Shown: piece by piece, positions 29,413 through 40,749 of the stretch
How the letters are laid out: each line of letters opens with the position of its first letter
Numbering within the stretch: position 1 is the stretch's first letter
Source: an uncultured Burkholderiales bacterium
GTDB lineage: Bacteria; Pseudomonadota; Gammaproteobacteria; Burkholderiales; SG8-41
DNA: 64,000 nt
Direction: 5' to 3'
Assembly: GCA_963924885.1 (NCBI GenBank)
Contig: CAWUUY010000107.1
Coordinates: forward strand, 7,302-71,301
Notes under the pieces: generated by a model
What the model was told of the DNA's origin: nothing
Database searches by the model: none
Seen by the model: only the letters and a program-made list of their open reading frames with translations
Translations under genes and position numbers: made by a program

Positions 29413-30048
29413 CTAGCGCAGTCCGGCGATATATTCCGACACGGCGGCCATCTCGCGGTCCGACAATTTGCCGGCGACGGTGCGCATCATGCTGTTGAGA
29501 TCATTTTTGCGCTCGCCCGCGCGGAACGTCTTCAATTGCGCGGCGGTGTATTCGGCGTGCTGGCCGGCGACGCGCGGATACTGCGCCGGCAGGCCCGCGC
29601 CGTTGGGCGAGTGACACGACGCGCAGGCGGCCAAGCCCTTGGCCGCGATACCACCGCGATAAATCAGTTGTCCCTGTTTGACCAGTTCCGCATCGCGCGC
29701 GGCGCGCGGGCGCGGCGTCTGGCTGGCGTAATACATGGCGACGTTTTTCATGTCGTCGTCGGACAGCGGCGCGGCCATGCCGGCCATCACGGGATTGTTG
29801 CGCTCGGCGGGCTTACCGTCTTTTGCTTTGAAATTGCTGAGTTGCTTATAGAGATACTCAGGGTGCTGCCCGGCCAGGCTCGGGTTGACCGCGAGCGGGC
29901 TGTTGCCGTCCGGGCCGTGACACGCCGCACATACCTTGGCGGCGATTTCCTGACCCTTGGCAGCGTCACCTTTGACGACATATTGTGCAAACAACGAGGG
30001 TGCGAATGTGACGCAGGCGACCGTCGCCAGGATCAGGCGGAATTTCAT
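29413..30048 (-). CDS. dihaem cytochrome c4
   Basis: Signal peptide plus two CxxCH motifs (CAACHG, CASCHS). Confidence 0.88.
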   Translation of the reverse strand: MKFRLILATVACVTFAPSLFAQYVVKGDAAKGQEIAAKVCAACHGPDGNSPLAVNPSLAGQHPEYLYKQLSNFKAKDGKPAERNNPVMAGMAAPLSDDDMKNVAMYYASQTPRPRAARDAELVKQGQLIYRGGIAAKGLAACASCHSPNGAGLPAQYPRVAGQHAEYTAAQLKTFRAGERKNDLNSMMRTVAGKLSDREMAAVSEYIAGLR

Positions 30049-30182
30049 GAAAGCTCCGAAGGACACAAAATAGACAGGGGAATTACCATCACCGTATTGT
30101 ATAGTACACGGCTATTTACGCGCCAGAATCCGGCGCATTTACAAAGACCTAGGTGCTAGGCACAACATGGTGCAATCCTGCG

Positions 30183-30791
30183 ATGACCCATCCCGCCGTC
30201 GAATTTTTAGCCTCCGCGCACCGCATGGAGGAAATGTGGTCGGACACCGGTCGCGAGGTCGCTTTTGCAGGGCGCTCCAACGCTGGAAAATCCAGCGCCA
30301 TCAATGCGCTGGCGGCCAAACACAAATTGGCGTTTGTGAGCAAAACGCCCGGACGCACGCAAACCATCAATTTTTTCAGTGCGGGCAAAAACCGCCGCTG
30401 GGTGGATTTGCCGGGTTACGGCTATGCCAAGGTCTCGAAAACCGAACGCGCGCACTGGGGCCAGTTAATAAGCGCTTACCTGACAGAGCGTAAGTCATTA
30501 TCTGGGTTGATTATTTTGACGGACTCACGCCATGGTATCAAGCCACTGGACGCGCAGTTGATCGCTTGGTTTTCGCCCACGCGGCGGCCTATCCACGTGT
30601 TGTTGACCAAGGCCGACAAGCTGACCCAAAGTGAGTCGATGGCAATACTGCGCAAGGTAACGGGTGAGCTGGCGCGCGGCTATGCCAATTGCACGGTGCA
30701 GCTTTTTTCCGCCACGGCGAATCGTGGTGTGGCGGAGGTCAATACGATAGTCGCCGGTTGGCTCGAAGTGCCGTCCGAATCATCAGAATAG
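30183..30791 (+). CDS. engB: ribosome-biogenesis GTPase EngB/YihA
   Basis: EVAFAGRSNAGKSSAINAL...DLPGYGYA...TKADK. The ORF opens at 30153; ATG 30183 is preferred. Confidence 0.88.
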   Translation: MTHPAVEFLASAHRMEEMWSDTGREVAFAGRSNAGKSSAINALAAKHKLAFVSKTPGRTQTINFFSAGKNRRWVDLPGYGYAKVSKTERAHWGQLISAYLTERKSLSGLIILTDSRHGIKPLDAQLIAWFSPTRRPIHVLLTKADKLTQSESMAILRKVTGELARGYANCTVQLFSATANRGVAEVNTIVAGWLEVPSESSE

Positions 30792-30804
30792 CGTACAGAA
30801 AAAA

Positions 30805-30832
30805 CCCCCGGTAAAGGGGAGTAAACCGGGGG
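30805..30832 (+). terminator. GC-rich hairpin after engB (no T-run)
   Basis: CCCCCGGT-N12-ACCGGGGG, preceded by an A-run. Atypical as an intrinsic terminator. Confidence 0.3.
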
Positions 30833-30930
30833 CGAAAATGCCATTATTTGGAAGTTATCCGAAATAAGGCGCCCGCTCAGGGAGGTGAAGCGGGAGACGT
30901 AAAACGCGTCTATTACTAAGACGCTTATAA

Positions 30931-32001
<1,071 letters not shown>

Positions 32002-32022
32002 AAAACGGCCCGGCTACCGCAG

Positions 32023-32613
32023 TTACGTTTGCGACAACAGCGCTTCCACCGCCGCCAGCTTCGCCCGCTCAATCGCTTTCCCTGCCGGCGAACTTTTGAT
32101 CGGCAGCCGTTCGTCGCGCGGCGACAACACCACAATTTCGATTTCCACGCCATCGTCGTCAACGATGAACTGCGGCACGGTAATGCGGCTGTCGCCGCTA
32201 TAGAGCGTGGCCTGATCGGCTTCGTAGTCGGCGCCGAGGTCGATCAGATGCGTTTCGACGCCCTTGATGTCGTCGGTAAAGAGTTGCAACTGGATGCCGG
32301 CGTACTTGCCGGCAATACCGGACAGCACATTGCCCACCAAGTAGGGATTGAATTTTTCCAGCGCGGTCATGGCGCGCACCGCGATCTCACGCAACTCGGC
32401 GAGTTGCTCGCGGTGGGCATCGGGGTGGTAAATCTCGCGGTACTCGCGCAGCGCGGCGTCGATCTCGTCGTTACCCGGCAAGTGGCGCGTGTCGGCGACA
32501 CCGGCCTGACGCGCGGCCTTGCGTTTGGCCAAGCCATGGTCTTCGACGCCATCTTCAGCCATGATGCGCGCGGCCAGATGAGCAATTTGCGCACGCTCGT
32601 CGTTACGCGACAT
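32023..32613 (-). CDS. conserved hypothetical protein
   Basis: 196-aa ORF with backbone composition, tightly packed between hemB and mrcA. No motif recognised. Confidence 0.55.
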   Translation of the reverse strand: MSRNDERAQIAHLAARIMAEDGVEDHGLAKRKAARQAGVADTRHLPGNDEIDAALREYREIYHPDAHREQLAELREIAVRAMTALEKFNPYLVGNVLSGIAGKYAGIQLQLFTDDIKGVETHLIDLGADYEADQATLYSGDSRITVPQFIVDDDGVEIEIVVLSPRDERLPIKSSPAGKAIERAKLAAVEALLSQT

Positions 32614-32619
32614 TATTTT

Positions 32620-34896
32620 TTAAAACAATTGGTTACGTGCCGCATCCGGCAAGGCGGGCGTGGCGCCGGGCTTGTCGCCGGTTTCAGCCTCGCCGCGCGG
32701 CGCGAATTCCTGGTAATAGACCTCGCCGCCGGTGGTTTGCAGACCTTGCGGCGCTTCGAGTGATTGATCCGGCACACCCTTGAGCGCGACTCCCATGTAG
32801 TTGATCCAGATCGGCAAAGCGACGCCGCCGCCGGTTTCGTTGCGGCCCAGCGTTTGCGGCTGGTCGTAGCCCACCCACACCACGCCGACAAGACCGGCGT
32901 TATAGCCGGCGAACCATGCATCGAGAAAATCATTGGTGGTGCCTGTCTTGCCGCCCAGATCATTGCGACCCAGCTTCATCGCCGCTGCCGCCGTGCCGCC
33001 GCGCACCACGTCGCGCATCATGCTGGTCATGATATGCGCGTTGCGCGCGTCGATCACGCGTTCAGCGCCTTCGCCAGCGCGGGCGGGTTTGGCCTCGAAC
33101 AACACGGCGCCGCGGCTGTCTTCGACACGCTGGATAAAGTACGGTTTCACGCGAAAGCCGCCGTTGGCAAACACCGAATAGCCGCCGACCATTTGCATCG
33201 GCGTCACGTTGCCCGCGCCCAGCGCCATGGTGAGATACGGCGGATGCAGCTTGGCCTCGAAACCGAACTTGGTAATGTAATCCTGCGCGTAGTTAGTGCC
33301 GATGGATTGCAGGATGCGTATCGACACCAGGTTTTTCGAGCGCATCAGCGCGTTGCGCATGGGCATCGGGCCGTCGTATTTGCCGTCATAGTTTTTCGGA
33401 TCCCATGCCTGCCCGCCGGTTTGCGTGGCGGTGAGTTGCAGCGGCTCGTCGTTGATAATGGTCGAGGGCGTAAAGCCTTTTTCCAGCGCCGCCGAATAGA
33501 TGAACGGCTTGAAGCTGGATCCTGGTTGCCGGAGCGCCTGCGTGGCGTGGTTGTATTGCGCGCGATTAAAATCAAATCCGCCGACCAGCGCGCGAATCGC
33601 GCCATCCTTGGGGTCGGCGGAAACGAGCGTGGATTCGACGGCGGGCAATTGCGTGATGATCCAGCGCTTCTTGTCGTCGGGCTGCACGCGAATAATCGCG
33701 CCGCGGCGGATACGCAGATTGGGGCCGGCCTTGTCGGTCAACGCCTCCGCCACGAATTTGAGGCCCACGTCGGTAATCTCGATCCATCCGCCGCCGCGCC
33801 GGTAGGCCTTGACGCGTTTGGGCGAGGCCTCTGTGACCATGGCGGCAACGATGTCGTCACTGTCGGCGTGCTCCTGCAAGGCTTCTTCGAGCGCTTCCTG
33901 CGTTGCGTTCGCCTGTACTTCGGCGTAGGCCTCTGGGCCGCGGTAGCCGTGCCGGCGATCGTATTCGAGCACGCCCTTGCGCAACGCCGCATAGGCTGCG
34001 GTCTGGTGATCCACCAGGATGGTGGTATAGACCCTCAGGCCCAGTGAGTAGGCGCCGTCCTGGTAGCGCTCGTACATGGTCTGGCGCACCATTTCCGCAA
34101 CGTATTCGGCGCGGGTGGCGAATTCATTGAGTTCGTTTTTGACGACAACGGGCTGTTTGTCGGTCTCGGCTTGTTGCACAGCAGTAATCGCGCCCATTTC
34201 ACGCATGCGGCGCAGCACGTACTGCTGGCGCAGCTTGGCGCGAGCCGGGTTGGCGACCGGGTTAAAACTCGATGGCGCTTTGGGCAATCCGGCCAGCATG
34301 GCAGTTTCACCCAACGTCAGTTGATCCAAGGATTTGCCGTAGTAGATGCGCGCGGCGGAGGCAAAACCGTAGGCACGTTGGCCCAGATAAATCTGGTTGA
34401 TATAGAGCTCCAGAATCTGCGACTTGCCGAGGCTGGATTCGATCTTGAAGGCCAGCAGCATTTCGTTAAATTTTCGGGTCAGCGTTTTTTCGCGTGACAG
34501 AAAAAAGTTGCGCGCCACCTGCATGGTGATGGTGGAGGCGCCCTGGCGCGGGCCGGTGAGCGTGAAGTTGGCGATGGCGGCACGCGCAAGGCCAATGTAA
34601 TCGACGCCCTTGTGCTGGTAATAACGCTCGTCCTCGGCGGCAAGGATGGCGTCCACCATGACCTTGGGCACCTGTTCAATGGCTACCACGGCGCGGCGCT
34701 CTTCGCCGAACTCACCGATCAGTTTGCCGTCGGCGCTATAGACCCGCAGCGGAACCTTGGGGCGGTAATCGGTCAGGACTTCCAGCGACGGGAGGTTCGG
34801 CCAAACCATCACCGCGACGAACGCAAACAGCAGCGCTGTTGCGAAAATGCCCACAACCACAAGCAATAGGGGATAGGTGACCCAGCGAACAGACAT
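32620..34896 (-). CDS. mrcA: penicillin-binding protein 1A (bifunctional transglycosylase/transpeptidase)
   Basis: GT51 motifs (EDERYYQH, GASTITMQ, RKFNE) plus SSFKP, KTGTTND. Divergent from pilM, as is usual. Confidence 0.93.
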   Translation of the reverse strand: MSVRWVTYPLLLVVVGIFATALLFAFVAVMVWPNLPSLEVLTDYRPKVPLRVYSADGKLIGEFGEERRAVVAIEQVPKVMVDAILAAEDERYYQHKGVDYIGLARAAIANFTLTGPRQGASTITMQVARNFFLSREKTLTRKFNEMLLAFKIESSLGKSQILELYINQIYLGQRAYGFASAARIYYGKSLDQLTLGETAMLAGLPKAPSSFNPVANPARAKLRQQYVLRRMREMGAITAVQQAETDKQPVVVKNELNEFATRAEYVAEMVRQTMYERYQDGAYSLGLRVYTTILVDHQTAAYAALRKGVLEYDRRHGYRGPEAYAEVQANATQEALEEALQEHADSDDIVAAMVTEASPKRVKAYRRGGGWIEITDVGLKFVAEALTDKAGPNLRIRRGAIIRVQPDDKKRWIITQLPAVESTLVSADPKDGAIRALVGGFDFNRAQYNHATQALRQPGSSFKPFIYSAALEKGFTPSTIINDEPLQLTATQTGGQAWDPKNYDGKYDGPMPMRNALMRSKNLVSIRILQSIGTNYAQDYITKFGFEAKLHPPYLTMALGAGNVTPMQMVGGYSVFANGGFRVKPYFIQRVEDSRGAVLFEAKPARAGEGAERVIDARNAHIMTSMMRDVVRGGTAAAAMKLGRNDLGGKTGTTNDFLDAWFAGYNAGLVGVVWVGYDQPQTLGRNETGGGVALPIWINYMGVALKGVPDQSLEAPQGLQTTGGEVYYQEFAPRGEAETGDKPGATPALPDAARNQLF

Positions 34897-35049
34897 TTAG
34901 CGGTGGCTTTCCATAAAATAACTTGTAAAAATTCATACACTTAAACGCATTTGTTAATAGGGCACTTGAATAGCTGATGACGCGAAATCAACATAAGTTA
35001 TACTATATCTCAGAATATTAATTTGCTCTAACCGAAGGCGAGCGGGCCG

Positions 35050-35080
35050 TAAGTAAAAATTGATTGATAAACAATAATTT
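35050..35080 (+). repeat. AT-rich intergenic element, divergent variant
   Basis: TAAGTAAAAATTGATTGATAAACAATAATTT shares the TAAGTA head and AAACAATAATTT tail with the copy at 43995. Confidence 0.3.
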
Positions 35081-35121
35081 AGCGTCGAGACTAAAAGTAA
35101 CTTTCAGGCGAAAACACATAT

Positions 35122-36234
35122 ATGCCCATTCTTAAAGGAAAAATTGGTGGCGGGTTGGAGGCCTTGAAGAGCATGTTCAAAGTCAAAACTCCGCCATTGA
35201 TTGGCGTGGATATCAGCACCTCCGCCGTGAAAATGGTCGAGCTGACGGATCGCGGCAGCGGCATGTATCAAGTTGAGCGTTACGCGATCGAGCCGTTGCC
35301 CCGTGATTCGGTGGTGGAAGGCAATATCAATAATCTGGATGCCGTGAGCGAGACTCTTAAACGTTGCCACGCCAAATTGGGCAGCAGCATCAAGAATGTT
35401 GCCATCGCACTGCCCAACGCTGCCGTCATCAGCAAAAAAATCCTCGTGCCCTCCGGATTGACCGAGGATGAGATAGAAGTTCAAGTTGAAACCGAAGCCA
35501 ATCAGTACATCCCGTTTTCGCTGGATGAAGTCAATCTGGATTTTCAGGTGCTCGGTCCGGCGCCCGGCAGCCCTGATGACGTCGAAGTCATGATTGCCGC
35601 GTCGCGCAAGGAAAAAATCGAAGATCGCGTGGCAGTATCGGACGTTGCCGGGCTCAAGGCCACGGTGGTTGATGTTGACCTGTTCGCCGCCCAGTCGGCG
35701 TTTGAGTTGATCGAAACGCAGCTCCCGGACAAGGGCAAGGACCAGAACATTGCCATTATCGATGTCGGCGCTAGTTTCACCAACGTCAACGTGCTGCGCA
35801 ATAGACAGTCAATCTACCTGCGCGAGCAGCCATTTGGCGGCGCGCAACTGACACAGGAAATTCAGGGCAAGTTCGGGCTGTCGCGCGAAGAGGCCGAAGT
35901 CGCCAAGCGTGCAGGCGGCCTGCCCGACAATTACGAAAAAGATGTACTGAATCCGTTTCTGGAAAATCTCGGCCTGGAAGTGGCGCGCGCGCTGCAATTC
36001 TTTTTCACCTCGACCCAGCACAATCAGGTCAATCACATCGTTCTGTCAGGTGGATGCGCGGCGCTTCCAGGCGCGGATGCCGCCGTGGCGAAACGCACCC
36101 AGGTCAATACGATTATTGCCAACCCGTTTGCCAACATGGCGCTGTCGTCCAAGGTGCGGCCCAAAAGCCTTGCACAGGACGCGCCGTCACTGATGGTGGC
36201 CTGCGGTTTGGCACTGCGGAGGTTTGACGCATGA
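35122..36234 (+). CDS. pilM: type IV pilus assembly ATPase-like protein PilM
   Basis: Actin-like fold pattern (IGVDISTSAVKMVEL). pilMNOPQ synteny. Confidence 0.9.
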   Translation: MPILKGKIGGGLEALKSMFKVKTPPLIGVDISTSAVKMVELTDRGSGMYQVERYAIEPLPRDSVVEGNINNLDAVSETLKRCHAKLGSSIKNVAIALPNAAVISKKILVPSGLTEDEIEVQVETEANQYIPFSLDEVNLDFQVLGPAPGSPDDVEVMIAASRKEKIEDRVAVSDVAGLKATVVDVDLFAAQSAFELIETQLPDKGKDQNIAIIDVGASFTNVNVLRNRQSIYLREQPFGGAQLTQEIQGKFGLSREEAEVAKRAGGLPDNYEKDVLNPFLENLGLEVARALQFFFTSTQHNQVNHIVLSGGCAALPGADAAVAKRTQVNTIIANPFANMALSSKVRPKSLAQDAPSLMVACGLALRRFDA

Positions 36235-36812
36235 TGCGCATCAACTTACTGCCGCATCGCGAGATCCGGCGCAAACAGCAGCAACAGCAGTTTTTCGCGG
36301 CATTGGGGCTCGTGGCAATCGTGGGGGCGGTAGTGGCCGGAGGCATCTATTATTATCTGGAAGAAGAGAACGCCAATCACGTCAGCCGTAACAAGTATCT
36401 CGCCGAGGAAATCGCCAAGGTCGACAAGGAAATCGAGGAAATCAACCGGCTGAAAGAGCAGACCGCGTCGCTGCTCTCGCGCAAGCAAGTCGTGGAAACG
36501 CTGCAAAGCAACCGGTCCGAAACCGTGCATCTGCTGGATCAGTTAGTGCGGCAACTTCCGGACGGCATGTATTTTTCACAGGTCAAGCAGCAGGGCAGCA
36601 AAGTAACCGTGAACGGCGTTACCCAATCGCAGGCGCGCGTGTCGACATTGATGCGCAATCTGGAATCATCCCAAAAGCTGGGAAATCCGGCGCTGGTCGA
36701 GATCAAGGCGGTTCAGCAAGGGGCGACGCGTGCGAACGAATTCACGATGAACGTTACTATTGTTCGGCCGAAGGCGGAAGACCCGTCAAAAGCACCCGCC
36801 AAAAAAGGATAA
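36231..36812 (+). CDS. pilN: type IV pilus assembly protein PilN
   Basis: MRINLLPHRE..RK N-terminus plus a TM helix. ATGA overlap with pilM. Confidence 0.88.
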   Translation: MMRINLLPHREIRRKQQQQQFFAALGLVAIVGAVVAGGIYYYLEEENANHVSRNKYLAEEIAKVDKEIEEINRLKEQTASLLSRKQVVETLQSNRSETVHLLDQLVRQLPDGMYFSQVKQQGSKVTVNGVTQSQARVSTLMRNLESSQKLGNPALVEIKAVQQGATRANEFTMNVTIVRPKAEDPSKAPAKKG

Positions 36813-36818
36813 CTTGCC

Positions 36819-37481
36819 ATGACACTGAATGAACTGCGTCGGCTTGATCCCAAAAAGATAGGATCATGGCCGGTACTGCCTAAACTGGGTGTACTGCTGG
36901 TCGTGTTGCTGTTGATACTAGGCGCGGCCTACTGGTTTGTTTGGGCTGATCAACTTGCCCGGATCAATGCCGAGAGTGCGAAAACCGTGCAATTGAAAAC
37001 GACTTTTGTTGAAAAGAAGACCGTGGCGGTTAATCTGCCCGCGTATCGCAAGCAATTGGATGACATTGAAAAGCAATTTGGCGCACTGCTCAGGCAGCTT
37101 CCAGGCAAATCCGAGATGGATGCCTTGTTGACCGATATCAACCAAGCAGGGTTGGGGCGCGGCCTGCAATTCGAATTGTTCAAGCCCGCGGCCAGCGAAG
37201 CAGTTAAGGATTTTTATGCCGAGTTGCCCATCACCATCCGGGTGACGGGCAACTATCACGATATCGGAGCCTTTGCGGGGGATATCGGTAAGCTGTCGAG
37301 AATCGTGACGCTCAACGACATTAGCGTGGGCGGCGGTAAGGGTGCGCTGACCATGGATGCGACGGCGATGACGTATCGCTATCTGGACGAAGCCGAGGTG
37401 GCGGATAACAACAGAAAAAGGGCGGCAGCAGCGGCAGGCGCCAAGAAAGGCGCGGCGCCGCCTCCTGCACCGAAAAAATGA
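36819..37481 (+). CDS. pilO: type IV pilus assembly protein PilO
   Basis: Position in the operon, an N-terminal TM segment, and a YHDIGAF..I..L.RIVTL motif. Confidence 0.85.
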   Translation: MTLNELRRLDPKKIGSWPVLPKLGVLLVVLLLILGAAYWFVWADQLARINAESAKTVQLKTTFVEKKTVAVNLPAYRKQLDDIEKQFGALLRQLPGKSEMDALLTDINQAGLGRGLQFELFKPAASEAVKDFYAELPITIRVTGNYHDIGAFAGDIGKLSRIVTLNDISVGGGKGALTMDATAMTYRYLDEAEVADNNRKRAAAAAGAKKGAAPPPAPKK

Positions 37482-37993
37482 TGCGTATGCCTAAATATCT
37501 GATCCCGATGTTCGCGTGCATGGTGCTGGCAGCCTGCGGCGGTGAAAAGCATTCTGACTTGCGCCAATGGGTCAAAGAGCAGGATAACCTGCCACGCGGC
37601 CGCATACCCCCGCTGCCGGAGGTCAAGCCGTACAGCCCGGTTGAATACAACGCGTTTGACCTCACAGATCCGTTCAAGCCGCGAAAAATCGAGCCGCCGA
37701 AAGGCGCGGTGGCCGGCGGTTTACAGCCGGACGTTAATCGGCGTCGCGAACCCTTGGAGGCCTATCCGCTTGAGGCATTGAAGATGGTCGGAATTCTCAA
37801 GCAAAAGGGGTATTTCGCCTTGGTCAAGGCTCCCGACAACAGTTTGTTTCAGGTCAAATTGGGCAATTACCTGGGGCAGAATTTCGGGCGCATCACGGAT
37901 ATTTCCGATACTTCGATAAAGCTCAGAGAAATCGTGCAGGACAGCAACGGCAACTGGGAAGAGAAGGATCAGACGCTGTTGTTGCAGGAATGA
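37478..37993 (+). CDS. pilP: type IV pilus lipoprotein PilP
   Basis: Lipobox LAAC. Position between pilO and pilQ. Confidence 0.8.
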   Translation: MMRMPKYLIPMFACMVLAACGGEKHSDLRQWVKEQDNLPRGRIPPLPEVKPYSPVEYNAFDLTDPFKPRKIEPPKGAVAGGLQPDVNRRREPLEAYPLEALKMVGILKQKGYFALVKAPDNSLFQVKLGNYLGQNFGRITDISDTSIKLREIVQDSNGNWEEKDQTLLLQE

Positions 37994-38006
37994 CCAGGAG
38001 AACAAA

Positions 38007-40052
38007 ATGAAAATCACCCATCCGTCGTTGTTAGTCTTTGTGCGAAACGTGTTGTTTGCCACCGTGCTCGGTGTCGGGGCTCAATCGGCGCTCGCACAAA
38101 ACAGCATCGAAAGTGTCAATGTATCCCCCCAGAGTGGCGGCAAGGTTGTAGTCCGCATCGGGCTAAAGGAGGCATTGGCCGCACCTCCCGCAGGATTTAC
38201 CGTGAACAATCCGCCGCGCCTTGCGTTTGACTTTGCCAACACTGGCAACGCCCTAGGCAGAAATGTACAGGACGTATCGGATCCCGATATTCGGCGTATC
38301 AATATTGTTCAGGCCGGTAACCGTACTCGCATGGTGTTGGAACTGACCCGTGCGCTGAACTACGAAACGCAGATTGACGGCAAGACCGTGCTGATCACAT
38401 TGCAGGGCGGTGCTGGTGCGGCTGCTGCCTCAGGTGCAGGTGCTCAACGGTTCGCGGAAGCCCCCGCTGCCGATCAGAAACACAGCTTGCGCAACGTCGA
38501 TTTTCGCCGCGGCACTGCCGGAGAAGGTCGTGTAGTGATTGATCTGTCGGATAGTCAGGTGGGTATAGATGTGCGCAGACAGGGTCGATCCATCGTTGTC
38601 GACTTTCTGAATTCCGATTTGCCGGCCAATTTGGCGAAACGTTTCGATGTGGCTGATTTTGGCACACCGGTGCAGTTGGTTGAAGCCACAAAACAAGGTG
38701 GCAACGCACGCGTGACGATTACGCCGACGGGTAACTGGGAACACTCGGCGTATCAGGCCGACAACCGGTTCATCGTGGAGGTCAAGCGCGTGGTTGAAGA
38801 CCCGAACCGTCTGGTGCGGCCGGGCTTTGCCGGAGAAAAGCTCTCGCTTAATTTCCAGAACGTCGAGGTTCGTTCAGTGCTGCAAGTGCTGGCGGATTTT
38901 ACCGGCCTGAATATTATTACCAGCGATTCGGTCTCGGGTAACCTGACATTGCGTCTCAAAGACGTGCCGTGGGATCAGGCGCTGGACATCATCATGCGCA
39001 GCAAGGGTCTGGACATGCGCAAGGAGGGCAATGTGGTGTGGATTGCCCCGCGTGATGAACTGGCGACACGGGAAAAACTGGCGCTGGAGTCGCGTTCGCA
39101 AATTGCCGATTTGGAGCCGACGCAGACCGAAAGCTTCCAGTTGAATTATCAGAAAGCGGCTGACGTTCAGGCGCTGCTGTCAAATGCTACGCAACGCATC
39201 TTGTCCAAGCGTGGCAGTGCGGTCGTGGATGCGCGCACCAATCAGGTTTTTGTGCAGGACACGCCTAGCCGCCTTGAGGATGTACGCCGATTGATCCGTG
39301 TTATCGATGTTCCGGTGCGCCAAGTGATGATTGAGGCGCGTATCGTAGAGGCCTCCGACACGTTTAGCCGCAACTTGGGTGCTCGTCTTTCCTACAACGA
39401 TACAACCACGAATCAGATCGGTCTGCCGTTGAATGGCTCGAATCCCCTGCGACTCGGCGTGGGCGCCAGCAGCACGACACCCGCCATCGGCAGCACGGCA
39501 GGATTGTTGAATCTGGTGTTGTTTAACAATAAACAAACACGCTTTCTGAATCTGGAACTGTCGGCGCTGCAAGCGGATGGCAAAGGCAAGATTATTTCCA
39601 GTCCGCGCGTCATTACCGCCAATCAGAACGAGGCGACCATAGAGCAAGGTACCGAGATACCGTATCAGCAGGCCTCTTCCAGCGGCGCAACCACGGTGTC
39701 GTTCAAGAAAGCCACGCTGTCACTCAAGGTCAAGCCGCAGGTGACGCCCGACGACAACGTGATCATGACGCTGAAGATCAACAAGGACTCGCGTGGCACT
39801 GAGACCTTATCCGGACCGGCGATTGACACCAAGCAAGTTTCGACCGAGGTGTTAGTTGAAAATGGCGGAACGGTGGTGCTCGGGGGCATCTACTCCTCGG
39901 AAGAGAGTTCAACGACAACCAAGACACCGGTTCTGGGCGACCTTCCTTATGTTGGTTTCCTGTTCAAGAGCAACCGCAAGCTCGATGAGCGGCGCGAATT
40001 GCTGGTGTTCATCACACCCAAGATACTGAAAGACAATCTCACGGTGCGCTAA
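38007..40052 (+). CDS. pilQ: type IV pilus secretin PilQ
   Basis: AMIN repeats followed by a secretin C-domain (VPVLGD.P..G.LF......R.ELL.FITP). Confidence 0.92.
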   Translation: MKITHPSLLVFVRNVLFATVLGVGAQSALAQNSIESVNVSPQSGGKVVVRIGLKEALAAPPAGFTVNNPPRLAFDFANTGNALGRNVQDVSDPDIRRINIVQAGNRTRMVLELTRALNYETQIDGKTVLITLQGGAGAAAASGAGAQRFAEAPAADQKHSLRNVDFRRGTAGEGRVVIDLSDSQVGIDVRRQGRSIVVDFLNSDLPANLAKRFDVADFGTPVQLVEATKQGGNARVTITPTGNWEHSAYQADNRFIVEVKRVVEDPNRLVRPGFAGEKLSLNFQNVEVRSVLQVLADFTGLNIITSDSVSGNLTLRLKDVPWDQALDIIMRSKGLDMRKEGNVVWIAPRDELATREKLALESRSQIADLEPTQTESFQLNYQKAADVQALLSNATQRILSKRGSAVVDARTNQVFVQDTPSRLEDVRRLIRVIDVPVRQVMIEARIVEASDTFSRNLGARLSYNDTTTNQIGLPLNGSNPLRLGVGASSTTPAIGSTAGLLNLVLFNNKQTRFLNLELSALQADGKGKIISSPRVITANQNEATIEQGTEIPYQQASSSGATTVSFKKATLSLKVKPQVTPDDNVIMTLKINKDSRGTETLSGPAIDTKQVSTEVLVENGGTVVLGGIYSSEESSTTTKTPVLGDLPYVGFLFKSNRKLDERRELLVFITPKILKDNLTVR

Positions 40053-40080
40053 CAAGAGAGTAAAGCAGGTTCTCTAATTG

Positions 40081-40108
40081 GCGGCGTCTTCGGACGCCGC
40101 TTTTTTTT
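40081..40108 (+). terminator. rho-independent terminator after pilQ
   Basis: GCGGCGTC-TTCG-GACGCCGC followed by T8. Confidence 0.8.
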
Positions 40109-40166
40109 CGGATGGATAATTTGGCCTAATATCAGTCACCCGCATGGATTCAGATAAAATCCTCTT

Positions 40167-40745
40167 ATGAGCAGCGTCGATCTTCCGTCGATTACCGCAG
40201 ACGCGAAGCAAAACATTATATTGGTCGGGCTGATGGGTGCCGGCAAAACCTCCGTGGGCAAAACGCTGGCGCGCTTGCTGGTCAAGACGTTTGTGGATTC
40301 CGATCAGGAAATCGAGCGCGCCACGGGTGTGAAGATTCCGCTGATTTTTGAAATCGAGGGTGAATCCGGGTTCCGTGCGCGGGAAAGCAAAATGCTGGCT
40401 GAATTGGTTCAGCAGCATAATGTGGTGCTTGCCACCGGTGGCGGTGCGGTCTTATCAACAGAAAACCGTGATCTACTGGCAGCCAGCGGCACCGTGGTTT
40501 ATCTGCGCGCACCCGTCCGGTCGCTAATCAAACGCACGCGGCGCGACCGCAATCGGCCCTTGCTGCAAGTGCCCGACCCCGCGGCCAAACTCACGGCGTT
40601 GTACGAACAACGTGATCCCCTGTACAGCGGCATGGCACACCTCATCGTAGACACCGGCGAGCAAAGCGTACGGGTGCTGGCGGGGCAGATAGCGGATAAA
40701 CTACGCGGACTGGTTTCCCATTCGATGTCCGCGAACACACCGTAG
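40167..40745 (+). CDS. aroK: shikimate kinase
   Basis: [15 protein letters not shown] Walker A. aroK-aroB synteny. Confidence 0.9.
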   Translation: MSSVDLPSITADAKQNIILVGLMGAGKTSVGKTLARLLVKTFVDSDQEIERATGVKIPLIFEIEGESGFRARESKMLAELVQQHNVVLATGGGAVLSTENRDLLAASGTVVYLRAPVRSLIKRTRRDRNRPLLQVPDPAAKLTALYEQRDPLYSGMAHLIVDTGEQSVRVLAGQIADKLRGLVSHSMSANTP

Positions 40746-40749
40746 GCCC

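Noticed and set aside
32764-34047. 427-aa plus-strand ORF
   Set aside because: Antisense shadow of mrcA; no motifs and an Arg/His-rich product.
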